64,000 bases of DNA, from contig OY771555.1 of the NCBI GenBank assembly GCA_963674785.1, positions 1,216,001 through 1,280,000 of the forward strand, given 5' to 3'. Positions 27,670 through 35,869 of the stretch are shown piece after piece. The notes under the pieces are model-generated. The model was not told the origin of the DNA and did not search any database. It saw only the letters and a program-made list of their open reading frames with translations. Position numbers and translations under genes: made by a program. The stretch is from Caldisericia bacterium. GTDB lineage: Bacteria > Caldisericota > Caldisericia > JAAYUI01. Position 1 is the first letter of the stretch. Every line of letters begins with the position of its first letter.

Positions 27670-28986
27670 TTATTTATTACAGTTGTTCCAGTTGAATCTT
27701 CCAAGGGCTGTTCGAAGCTCTGCAACAAGATAAAGCGAACCACAAACAAGAACACAACCATCTTCTGGTGTTTTTTCGATTGCTCTTACGAGTGCAAGTG
27801 CTGGGTCAGGTTGCACCTCTGTTTCGAAAAATCTTCTCTCAAATTTCTTTGCGAGTTTTGACGGGTCAAATGCTCTCTGGTTATCGACTTTTGTTGTTAC
27901 AACAGAGCTGCTGATTGTTGATAATGCCCTGATGAATCTTCTGGTGTCTTTGTCTTTCATCATTCCAACAACAAGAGTTACTTTCTTGCCGTTAAAATGC
28001 CGTTTGATTGTTCTTGAAAGTGCGTCAGCTGATCTTCCGTTATGAGCGCCATCGAGAATGATGAGTCTTCCATCTTTTATCTTTTCTGCTCTTCCTGGCC
28101 AGCAAACCTTCGAGAGTCCATTTTTTATTGTGTCTGGTGTGATTTTTTTGAACCCAGAATCATTTAGAATTAATGATGCTTTTATTGCAAGAGAGGCGTT
28201 CTGGAATTGATGGAGTCCGAGTAGAGGAGTAAAAATATCCTCTATTTTATGGTCTTTATCAAAAAAATCCATGACCTGTCCCCCATCAACGATACCTTTA
28301 TCTTGGTAATCAAAATCGAATGATTGTCGGTGGATTTTTACATCGAGCTTATTTGCAACTTCTTCGATTGAGACAAATGCATTGTGTCTCTGTTTTGATG
28401 TAACAAGGGGTACTCCATGCTTTAAAATCCCGGCTTTTTCCCTGGCAATTTTTCCGAGAGTATTTCCAAGAATTTTTATGTGGTCATGCGAAATTGAAGT
28501 GATAACTGTGCAAGCAGGTTTTTCAATGACATTAGTTGCATCGAGTCTTCCACCAAGTCCAACCTCAAAAACTGCAACATCAACATTTTGTTCCATGAAA
28601 TGGAGGAATGAAATGATAGCAATAACTTCAAAAAAGGTTGCCTTGCCAAATTCATGTTCGTGTTTTTTGTTAACTTCTGAAACTCTTTTGATGAGGTCAG
28701 CGAATTCACCGGTTGATACGATTTGTCCATTAACCTGAATCCGTTCACGGATTCCCTGCAGATGTGGGCTTGTAAATAAACCAACTTTGTAGCCACTTGC
28801 CTGAAGAATCTCAGCTGTCATTCGAGATGTTGAACCTTTACCCTTGGTGCCGGCGATGTGGACAATTGGGTAGGCAGTATGAGGTGAACCCAAATCTTTA
28901 AGGATTGGGTAGAGTCTATCAAGACCTAGTTTTGAGCCTAAGTAGCGGATGCTTCCGAGGTAGTCGAGTGCTTCACAGTAGTTCAT
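27670..28986 (-). CDS. folC: Bifunctional folylpolyglutamate synthase/dihydrofolate synthase
   Basis: HIAGTKGKGST, FTSPHL, EVGLGGRLDATN, WPGR, LDGAHN and GSLYLV motifs. Confidence 0.96.
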   Translation of the reverse strand: MNYCEALDYLGSIRYLGSKLGLDRLYPILKDLGSPHTAYPIVHIAGTKGKGSTSRMTAEILQASGYKVGLFTSPHLQGIRERIQVNGQIVSTGEFADLIKRVSEVNKKHEHEFGKATFFEVIAIISFLHFMEQNVDVAVFEVGLGGRLDATNVIEKPACTVITSISHDHIKILGNTLGKIAREKAGILKHGVPLVTSKQRHNAFVSIEEVANKLDVKIHRQSFDFDYQDKGIVDGGQVMDFFDKDHKIEDIFTPLLGLHQFQNASLAIKASLILNDSGFKKITPDTIKNGLSKVCWPGRAEKIKDGRLIILDGAHNGRSADALSRTIKRHFNGKKVTLVVGMMKDKDTRRFIRALSTISSSVVTTKVDNQRAFDPSKLAKKFERRFFETEVQPDPALALVRAIEKTPEDGCVLVCGSLYLVAELRTALGRFNWNNCNK

Positions 28987-29037
28987 TTTGAATTCATGTT
29001 ATCCATTTAAACTGTTTTGTTAATCAAATGTATATAG

Positions 29038-29067
29038 AAAAAAGGCAGGAGTTTTTCCTGCCTTTTT
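29038..29067 (-). terminator. Rho-independent terminator after pckA
   Basis: AAAAAGGCAGGA/TCCTGCCTTTTT stem. Confidence 0.85.
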
Positions 29068-29089
29068 AACGTTTCGGTTCGATGTGAAT

Positions 29090-30574
29090 TTAGATTGCGT
29101 CCCGGATTTCTTTGTCGAGCATTGGGAACTGTGCAATCCAGGCTTTTCGTTCTTCTCTGAGTTTTTCGTTTTTCTCGAGCCATTCTTGCTCTGTGAAGTA
29201 TTTTCTTGGGTCGAGTTTTTCTGCATCAATTTCATCACATTTGTCAATTATGTCGTAACCCCAGAAATCATCCTTTTTCCAACTGATTTTTCCAGCAGCA
29301 ATTGCTTTTAATATGCCTACTGAATGTCTGATGGAGATTTTTTCAGAGTTTCCAATTTTTCCCGTATTTAAAAGGATACATTCCATGTGTGGATTCTTCT
29401 TAAGAAGATCCATGATGTAGTTTCCTTCATCATCTTTTGGGCCAACAATAAATGGGTTCGTTCCAACGCATCGTTTTGCCTGACCAGCTTTTGTTGGGTC
29501 TCCAGCTGATGTCTCAATCGATTCACCAAGCATGAAAAATGCTGCTGCCTGTGCTGGAGAAAGCTTGGCAACTGGTGGGATAATGTCATCACGTCTTGTG
29601 ATGAGAACCATTATATCAGTGTGTGGAAGATCAACTGTGTTATCGGTGTATTTGACATCTTTTCTCTGCACGATACATCTTCCGTTGGTTGTATATCGGT
29701 AATTGAGGAAATCAACTTTTCCAGAACCAGTTACGTAAACATTTTCAAAAATCGCTGATTCGCTTGTTGCTGCTTTGTAAAGAACTGGCTGATGAACCCC
29801 TTCTAGCCCCTCGGTTTTGATGAAATATCCATGTTCGGTTCCAATACACCTTGTGTCAGGTGTGATGACCAACATATCATCCTGTCTAATTGCGACTCCC
29901 TCTTCACCCTCGAGGAAGTGATGATGACATGTGAGAGTTGTTTTGCCAGTTCCAGAAAGACCAAAAAGAATGATTCCTTTTTCAACGAGTTTGCCATCTT
30001 TATTCTTGACTCTGATGAGTTTTGAACCTGCATGGAGACCAAGGTTACCCTCAGTTTTTGCTCTGTAGATTGCCATCCTGAGGAAGGATTTTTTGACTTC
30101 ACCAAAGTAATCTGTTCCAAGCGTAACCGTTACACCATCAACTGCATCAACCAGAACTTTTCTTTCTGGCCATTCAGGGATTGCTATCGTTTTGATCGGC
30201 GTTTTTTTATTCTCCGGATTTTTTGGGAAGAAAAGGTTTGACCACATGAATGCGAGTCTTGCAAATGGTTTGGTTGTGTAAAATTCACATGGAATCTGGA
30301 ACTCTGGATTTTCCATGACGGACATTTCAGTTTTGATGACTTCTTTGTCTTTGAGATATTCTCTGACTTTTAAAAGAAGTTCTGTCTGTTCTTTGGTTGG
30401 TTCTATACCCACAACCTCCGTGAAAGCAGCTGATCTGTTTCTGATCCTTGAAACATATGACGGTGAGTTGAATTCGCTGGTAATTTCATCGTTCTCAGCC
30501 ATCTTTCGAAGTTCATCGGGTGACGAACACTCGATAAGTTTTCCAACTTCAAGTGGTTTGGTGAAAATGTCCAT
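29090..30574 (-). CDS. pckA: Phosphoenolpyruvate carboxykinase (ATP)
   Basis: YFGEVKKS, LHAG, GLSGTGKTTL, QDD, FENV, NGRC and LLNTG motifs. Confidence 0.9.
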   Translation of the reverse strand: MDIFTKPLEVGKLIECSSPDELRKMAENDEITSEFNSPSYVSRIRNRSAAFTEVVGIEPTKEQTELLLKVREYLKDKEVIKTEMSVMENPEFQIPCEFYTTKPFARLAFMWSNLFFPKNPENKKTPIKTIAIPEWPERKVLVDAVDGVTVTLGTDYFGEVKKSFLRMAIYRAKTEGNLGLHAGSKLIRVKNKDGKLVEKGIILFGLSGTGKTTLTCHHHFLEGEEGVAIRQDDMLVITPDTRCIGTEHGYFIKTEGLEGVHQPVLYKAATSESAIFENVYVTGSGKVDFLNYRYTTNGRCIVQRKDVKYTDNTVDLPHTDIMVLITRRDDIIPPVAKLSPAQAAAFFMLGESIETSAGDPTKAGQAKRCVGTNPFIVGPKDDEGNYIMDLLKKNPHMECILLNTGKIGNSEKISIRHSVGILKAIAAGKISWKKDDFWGYDIIDKCDEIDAEKLDPRKYFTEQEWLEKNEKLREERKAWIAQFPMLDKEIRDAI

Positions 30575-30585
30575 TTTGCACTCTC

Positions 30586-30984
30586 CTATGAATTGATATC
30601 AACTTTTACGTTATCTTTGATGAATTCAATTATTTCTTTGGTTGGTGTCCCTGGTCCAAAAACAGCTTTTGCGCCGATTTGTTTCAGTTTTTCTGCATCA
30701 GCAGGTGGTATGATTCCACCAACGAAAACCGCTCTTTCTGAAAGTCCAGCTTCCTTCAGCTTGCTGATAATCTTTGGAACGAGTGTCAGGTGGGCTCCAC
30801 TGAGAATTGAAAGACCTATTACGTCGACATCTTCTTGTAGTGCTGCGTTTACAATCATGTCTGCTGTTTGATGTAATCCTGTGTATATAACTTCCATTCC
30901 TGCATCGCGCAGCGCCTGTGAAACCACCTTTGCGCCTCTATCATGTCCGTCAAGTCCTGGTTTTGCCATGAGAACTTTAATCAT
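30586..30984 (-). CDS. Methylmalonyl-CoA (acyl-CoA) mutase small subunit, cobalamin-binding domain
   Basis: KPGLDGHDRGAK (DxHxxG), GLSILSGAH, GGIIP and FGPGT; start MIKVL (30984) with GGAGG SD. Confidence 0.93.
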   Translation of the reverse strand: MIKVLMAKPGLDGHDRGAKVVSQALRDAGMEVIYTGLHQTADMIVNAALQEDVDVIGLSILSGAHLTLVPKIISKLKEAGLSERAVFVGGIIPPADAEKLKQIGAKAVFGPGTPTKEIIEFIKDNVKVDINS

Positions 30985-31922
30985 TTTTCCTCCAATTTGG
31001 TTTGCCATATTTCCTCGGCAAGTTGCCATGGGGCGATCCCCTCAATAATGGCTCTATTAATTCTGCTTTCTTTAAGTGTCTTATAATCACCGTTAAACAG
31101 TTTTGTCTGAAGCCAGTAGCTGACCTCAGAATCAAATCTCTCAAACTTTTTCTTGTCGCCGTAACCGTTTGATCTGACATACTCTCTGTGTCTTAATACT
31201 TCATCAAACAATTCCGAGATTCCATTGTTCCTAATTGCTGTTGTTGGAAGTATCGGAGGTTTCCATTCAAACTCTGAAAGTGAAAGCCCAAATTCAAGAT
31301 CAGCGATTAGATTGTCTCCACCAGGTCTATCATATTTGTTCACACAGAAAATGTTTGCTCCCTCAAGAAGCCCAGCCTTCATCATTTGAATTGAGTCCCC
31401 TGATTCGGGAGTTAAAACAACAACAACAGTATCTGCTTTCAGTGCCACATCTACCTCGGTTTGTCCAACCCCAACGGTTTCGATCAATATGAATGGGTAT
31501 GAGCAAAGGTCAAGGAAATCTGCAACGATGGATGTTGTAGGTGCGAGTCCTCCAAGGTGTCCCCTTGATGCCATTGATCTGATGAATACTCCTGGATCAG
31601 TGAAATGATCAGTCATTCTTGTTCTGTCGCCAAGCAATGCCCCTTGAGTGTAGGGGGAACTTGGATCGCATGCCACAACAGCACACTGATGACCCTCCTG
31701 TCTTATTTTACCAATGAGCTTTGAGACTAGAGTGCTTTTGCCTGCACCAGGAGGACCAGTGATTCCTATTCTCCACGAAGAGCCAATTTTTGGATATTTG
31801 TCCCCGAAAATTACACTGGGATTGTTACCTTTTTCAAGATATGAGATAATTTTTGCTTGAGCCTGCTGACTTCCCTTATAGGCTTTTTGTACTGTTTCAG
31901 TGTTCAATGCCTTTTCTTGCAT
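30981..31922 (-). CDS. meaB: MeaB/ArgK GTPase, chaperone of B12-dependent mutase
   Basis: GITGPPGAGKST, DPSSP, GALLGDRTRM, ETVGVGQ, QMMKAGLLE and VNKYD motifs. Confidence 0.95.
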   Translation of the reverse strand: MQEKALNTETVQKAYKGSQQAQAKIISYLEKGNNPSVIFGDKYPKIGSSWRIGITGPPGAGKSTLVSKLIGKIRQEGHQCAVVACDPSSPYTQGALLGDRTRMTDHFTDPGVFIRSMASRGHLGGLAPTTSIVADFLDLCSYPFILIETVGVGQTEVDVALKADTVVVVLTPESGDSIQMMKAGLLEGANIFCVNKYDRPGGDNLIADLEFGLSLSEFEWKPPILPTTAIRNNGISELFDEVLRHREYVRSNGYGDKKKFERFDSEVSYWLQTKLFNGDYKTLKESRINRAIIEGIAPWQLAEEIWQTKLEEK

Positions 31923-32418
31923 TCAGCCCTTCACTTTTATAGTAGTGTTTTACTTCTCTCATCTCAGTAACAAGGTCTGCACATTCGAGGATGTCTTCCT
32001 TAGCCATTCTTCCTGTAAGCACAAGCTCTGTTTCTGGATGCTTCGAGTGAATCATATTTAATACTTTTTCTAATTCTATTAAACCAAAACCAAGTGCAAC
32101 ATTGATTTCATCGGCGATAATGATATCCCATTTTCCAGATGATGCTGAATTAGAAACATCTTCTAGGGCTTTTTCTGCCTCTTCTATATCGATCCTGAGT
32201 GGATTTTTTATATCAACAAAGTCGGGTCTACCATATTGGGTGACATGCACGCCAAGTTTTTTTAGAGACTTGAGTTCACCGTAGGAAACAGAACCTTTCA
32301 TGAACTGAATTATCTTGACCTTCATGTTATGCCCGGCTGCCCTTAAAGCCAGACCCAACGAAGCGGTTGTTTTACCTTTGCCGTTTCCTGTGTAAACCTG
32401 AACTTTTCCTAAATTCAT
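31897..32418 (-). CDS. cobO: Cob(I)alamin adenosyltransferase (CobA/CobO/BtuR)
   Basis: YTGNGKGKTTASLG, QFMKG, DEINVA, LTGR and ARKGIE motifs. Confidence 0.93.
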   Translation of the reverse strand: MNLGKVQVYTGNGKGKTTASLGLALRAAGHNMKVKIIQFMKGSVSYGELKSLKKLGVHVTQYGRPDFVDIKNPLRIDIEEAEKALEDVSNSASSGKWDIIIADEINVALGFGLIELEKVLNMIHSKHPETELVLTGRMAKEDILECADLVTEMREVKHYYKSEGLNARKGIEH

Positions 32419-32485
32419 TGCGGATTATATTAGGTGATGTAGTACGTATGTCAACTGACTTGATTAACATTTATAATTTATTACA

Positions 32486-32911
32486 TTGAATTTCGTGGAG
32501 AAACGCAAAAGAAAAAACAGAAAGCGATTAGTCGCTCGTGTGTTGCTCTTTCTTTTGTTTATGGTCATTTTTTATTTTTTAGTTAGACCATTTGCAAAGA
32601 TCGATTTTCAGCTTGCCAATTTGAAACTTGAATCGGTACAACTTGACAATCAGATCGCAAAACTCCAAGAAGATTTGAGTTATGAAAAATCAAAGCTCTC
32701 TGAGTTTTACTCGGGACATGGGATTTCAAGTATTGCGAGGGAAAGATTCAGAATGGTTTATCCTGGGGAAACTCTGTATATGTGTGTTAATACTGAAGGT
32801 AGAGGGACATACCAAATACACGAACCCGAATACAGGAAGCTTTCAAAAGATTTTAAGAAGAAAAGTCCTATTGCTACCGCGTGGGATATGTTCCTGTCTC
32901 TTTTCAGATAA
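32486..32911 (+). CDS. FtsB/DivIC septum formation initiator family protein
   Basis: Basic N-terminus, one TM, coiled coil, IARERFRMVYPGE motif. Confidence 0.8.
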   Translation: MNFVEKRKRKNRKRLVARVLLFLLFMVIFYFLVRPFAKIDFQLANLKLESVQLDNQIAKLQEDLSYEKSKLSEFYSGHGISSIARERFRMVYPGETLYMCVNTEGRGTYQIHEPEYRKLSKDFKKKSPIATAWDMFLSLFR

Positions 32912-32960
32912 TATCCCTTGACCATCGTTATTTTTTTATGTAGAGTCATAGTTCTTTCAT

Positions 32961-33036
32961 GGCGGGGTAGCTCAGTGGTTAGAGCACACGGCTCATACCC
33001 GTGGCGTCGTGGGTTCGAATCCCACCCCCGCCACCA
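32961..33036 (+). tRNA. tRNA-Met(CAT), elongator type (Ile2 not fully excluded)
   Basis: 76-nt cloverleaf GGCGGGG...CCCCGCC-ACCA; anticodon arm CACGG-CTCATAC-CCGTG; T-loop TTCGAAT; G1-C72 paired, so not an initiator. Confidence 0.95.
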
Positions 33037-33192
33037 ATTATTTCCCATAGGTTAAATGAAAATTTTTTCTGTAGGTTTTTTCGGTATCTTTAGCGTTTTT
33101 TATTTGTAAAAATTGTTACCAGATGGTGGGTTGCGTTTCTGGACTTTTTTTATATAATATTACTAAAATTTAGCAAAGGAGATGATGTAAAA

Positions 33193-33570
33193 ATGGGCGA
33201 AACTTTAGGCGAATTTCTCAATTCCAAAAGACTTAGCAAAAAGATCACATTTGCTCAGCTTGCGCAGAAATGTAAGATGGCAACTCCTACGATCTGGAAG
33301 GTGATCAAAGATAAAGCTAGGCCAAAAGATTTGACACTTCAAGCACTATCTGAATCCCTTGATATTCCACTTTCTGAACTATTTTCAAAAAGAGACAACA
33401 CTCACTATCCTTCCAGCAAAAGAAGACCAGGCAGACCAAAAAAGATTAGTGATGAAGTTCCTGAGGTTGAAGAGATTACAAAAGAAAAATTAATCTCTTT
33501 TATTGAAGACACAAAACTATCTGATCAATCAATCGAAGCGTTATATTACATGGCTCAGGTGATCAGATAA
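33193..33570 (+). CDS. XRE-family HTH protein with AT-hook-like motif
   Basis: LGEFLNSKRLSKKITFAQLAQ...TIWKVI...LQALSESLDI HTH followed by KRRPGRPKK; AAGGAG SD. Confidence 0.8.
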   Translation: MGETLGEFLNSKRLSKKITFAQLAQKCKMATPTIWKVIKDKARPKDLTLQALSESLDIPLSELFSKRDNTHYPSSKRRPGRPKKISDEVPEVEEITKEKLISFIEDTKLSDQSIEALYYMAQVIR

Positions 33571-33671
33571 TTCTAGACTAGTACTACCTTGATTATTTGA
33601 ATATTGTATAATCCGACCTTGGAAAAAGAGCGTGGTTTGAATTCCTCTGAAAACTGAGATATGTGGGAAAG

Positions 33672-33747
33672 TGGTGCCAAGAGACGGACTTGAACCGCCG
33701 ACACGAGGATTTTCAGTCCACTGCTCTACCAACTGAGCTATCTTGGC
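33672..33747 (-). tRNA. tRNA-Phe(GAA)
   Basis: Reverse complement GCCAAGATAGCTCAGTTGGTAGAGCAGTGGACTGAAAATCCTCGTGTCGGCGGTTCAAGTCCGTCTCTTGGCACCA. Confidence 0.95.
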
Positions 33748-33834
33748 ACGTAAGGGATAGGTTATCTAATCGTATGTTATCTGTCAAGTAAAGAAAACTT
33801 CCCATGCTTTTTTTGTAAAAAGTTAACAGATTAC

Positions 33835-35739
33835 CTATTCTCCTATCCATCCTTCGGGTCGATATAGATTGGGATAAAATATATCGATGCTTCTTTTTTC
33901 TCCGTTCCATTTAACTTCTGAATCGAAGGCTTCAGATACAAATCTCAAAGGAACAAGAGTCCTTCCGTCTTTTATTGTTGCAGGTGGTTCGATTTCAACT
34001 TCGTTATCATCTATGGACGCAGTACTTTTTCCTATTGGTATTCTGATTGTCTTCCTACCTTTTTTAAAAATAGCTGTTTTTGTCTCGGCTTCATAGCTTA
34101 CATCAGCATTAAGTGCCTCCCCTAAAAATCTAAACGGCACAACAGTTCTTCCGGATATTATAGTCGGTTCGACATCCAGACTCGTTGATTCACCGTTTAC
34201 GGTGGCTGACTTTGAACCAATTGTCATGGAAATCCAGATCGGTGATGGAAGTGGATTTATACTGACTTTTCTAGGAACACCTTCTCCAGATTTGTATATT
34301 GGAACGACTGAATAGCTGAATTCTGATTCAGAAAAAATACCCTCATCTTTAAAGTCTGTTTCAGTTGATGATAACTCAATATATTCAAAATCATCGTAAA
34401 TTTTGCCACCGTATTGCTCAGTTTTCCTGATAACGTATTTCAACAGTTTCTCATGGTTATATGTTGGGGGATTCCATTTGAGATAGATTCCATTGATTTC
34501 AGGTGTAGCGATAAGGCTTCTAACGAATTTCGTCTGGGTGCTTGATTTAGGAACAATAACATTTACTGGGACTTTGCCGATAAAGATTCCACCAATGTCT
34601 GTCAGCATAACGTTTGTTTGATAGGTTCCTGCAATTAGGTTGTCAGCAATTTTAACCTCAATTTCGATCAACCCACCTACTCCAATTGAGATATCATTTT
34701 CAGACAAGTCGATCCAATCAGCATCACAACTTAACAATCCTTCAAAAACGATGTTTCCGTCATTTTTTATCTTCAGTTTTTTTGTCTCACCAAATGGGTA
34801 TAGTCTTGAACCAAAGTCTAAGGTCTTGGGGTCAAAGTGAATAATTGCCTTATCTAGTTTTTCTTTTGGTTTTCCGGTAACGATATTTGAAATTTCACCT
34901 TCAGAACCATTTTCGCAGATAACTGTTATATAATATTTGTAGGTATTATTATTCATCGCATCAGGGTCAATGAATTCTACTTCAGTTGGAATCAAAGGTT
35001 CAGGATTTATCTTTATAAATTCTTCATCATTTTCTGTTCTATAAACGTTTATCCCCAGTATCTTCTCTTCAATTGGTTTCCAGGAAAGCTTTACCATGTT
35101 GTCCAAGTCGTATGACACCAGGTGAGGTGGAGCGATATTGCATCTTTCAAGGATTTCTTCCCCCGTCAATGAATACACAAGACCAAACTCTGTTCTGTCT
35201 TCGGTTTCTGGAACCTCGGGGCACATTGTGTGTACAAAAAATCTTATTCCCTCAGGGTTGTTTAAGTCTTCGAGTTTCACAGAAAGCTCTAGAATGTCAC
35301 CATCAGAAAAAAGCTCAATATCTGCAATTTTTTCATCTTCTTCGTCTTCTTTTAATTCAATCAGCTCTCCGAATGATTCTGCCTTGGAAGTAAGAATACT
35401 TATAAGATGATCTTCTCCACCGTAGTTGTCTGCAGTTTTTTTTATCCCGGTTTTTGCATCAAGATCCGAATCAATTACAATGTGTATCAGTCCGAAATCT
35501 TCTGGGTTTAGTAAATTGTGAATAACAAGGGTTTTAAAATAGAGTTTTTCATCATCGTGAGCACAAAAAACCTTTATGATGTCTAGACAAGCTTCGTCCA
35601 TTCCATCATCCACAATCTCTACGTATTCTATGTTTTCTTTCGCTTGAGCAATGTTATTTGCAGAGATTCTGCTGCCAACTGATGCAAGAAGAATCATACC
35701 TGCCAAAAAAATCGAAAGTATTTTGTTTAGTCTGTTCAT
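33835..35739 (-). CDS. Secreted surface protein: beta-sandwich + FN3 + BACON + FN3 + C-terminal stalk domain
   Basis: Signal peptide from MNRLNK with GGAGG SD; LSWKP and LKWNPP FN3 motifs; DWIDLS; GRTVVPFRFLGE and GRTLVPLRFVSE. Confidence 0.8.
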   Translation of the reverse strand: MNRLNKILSIFLAGMILLASVGSRISANNIAQAKENIEYVEIVDDGMDEACLDIIKVFCAHDDEKLYFKTLVIHNLLNPEDFGLIHIVIDSDLDAKTGIKKTADNYGGEDHLISILTSKAESFGELIELKEDEEDEKIADIELFSDGDILELSVKLEDLNNPEGIRFFVHTMCPEVPETEDRTEFGLVYSLTGEEILERCNIAPPHLVSYDLDNMVKLSWKPIEEKILGINVYRTENDEEFIKINPEPLIPTEVEFIDPDAMNNNTYKYYITVICENGSEGEISNIVTGKPKEKLDKAIIHFDPKTLDFGSRLYPFGETKKLKIKNDGNIVFEGLLSCDADWIDLSENDISIGVGGLIEIEVKIADNLIAGTYQTNVMLTDIGGIFIGKVPVNVIVPKSSTQTKFVRSLIATPEINGIYLKWNPPTYNHEKLLKYVIRKTEQYGGKIYDDFEYIELSSTETDFKDEGIFSESEFSYSVVPIYKSGEGVPRKVSINPLPSPIWISMTIGSKSATVNGESTSLDVEPTIISGRTVVPFRFLGEALNADVSYEAETKTAIFKKGRKTIRIPIGKSTASIDDNEVEIEPPATIKDGRTLVPLRFVSEAFDSEVKWNGEKRSIDIFYPNLYRPEGWIGE

Positions 35740-35869
35740 TTTTTCCTCCAGAACTAAGTATATTACAGACACAGTTTGTCAATCGTTCACAGGCTTATTT
35801 TTGAAACAAACCGCTGACTTTTTTTGATTTCTCATCGTAGTATTATCAAAAGAAAGGTTGGCAGATACA

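Noticed and set aside
32419-32485. Cobalamin riboswitch upstream of cobO
   Set aside because: Only 67 nt are available, holding a promoter abutting the start codon; no B12 box.
33037-33671. Integrative element at a tRNA
   Set aside because: No integrase and no duplicated tRNA 3' end (att site) found.
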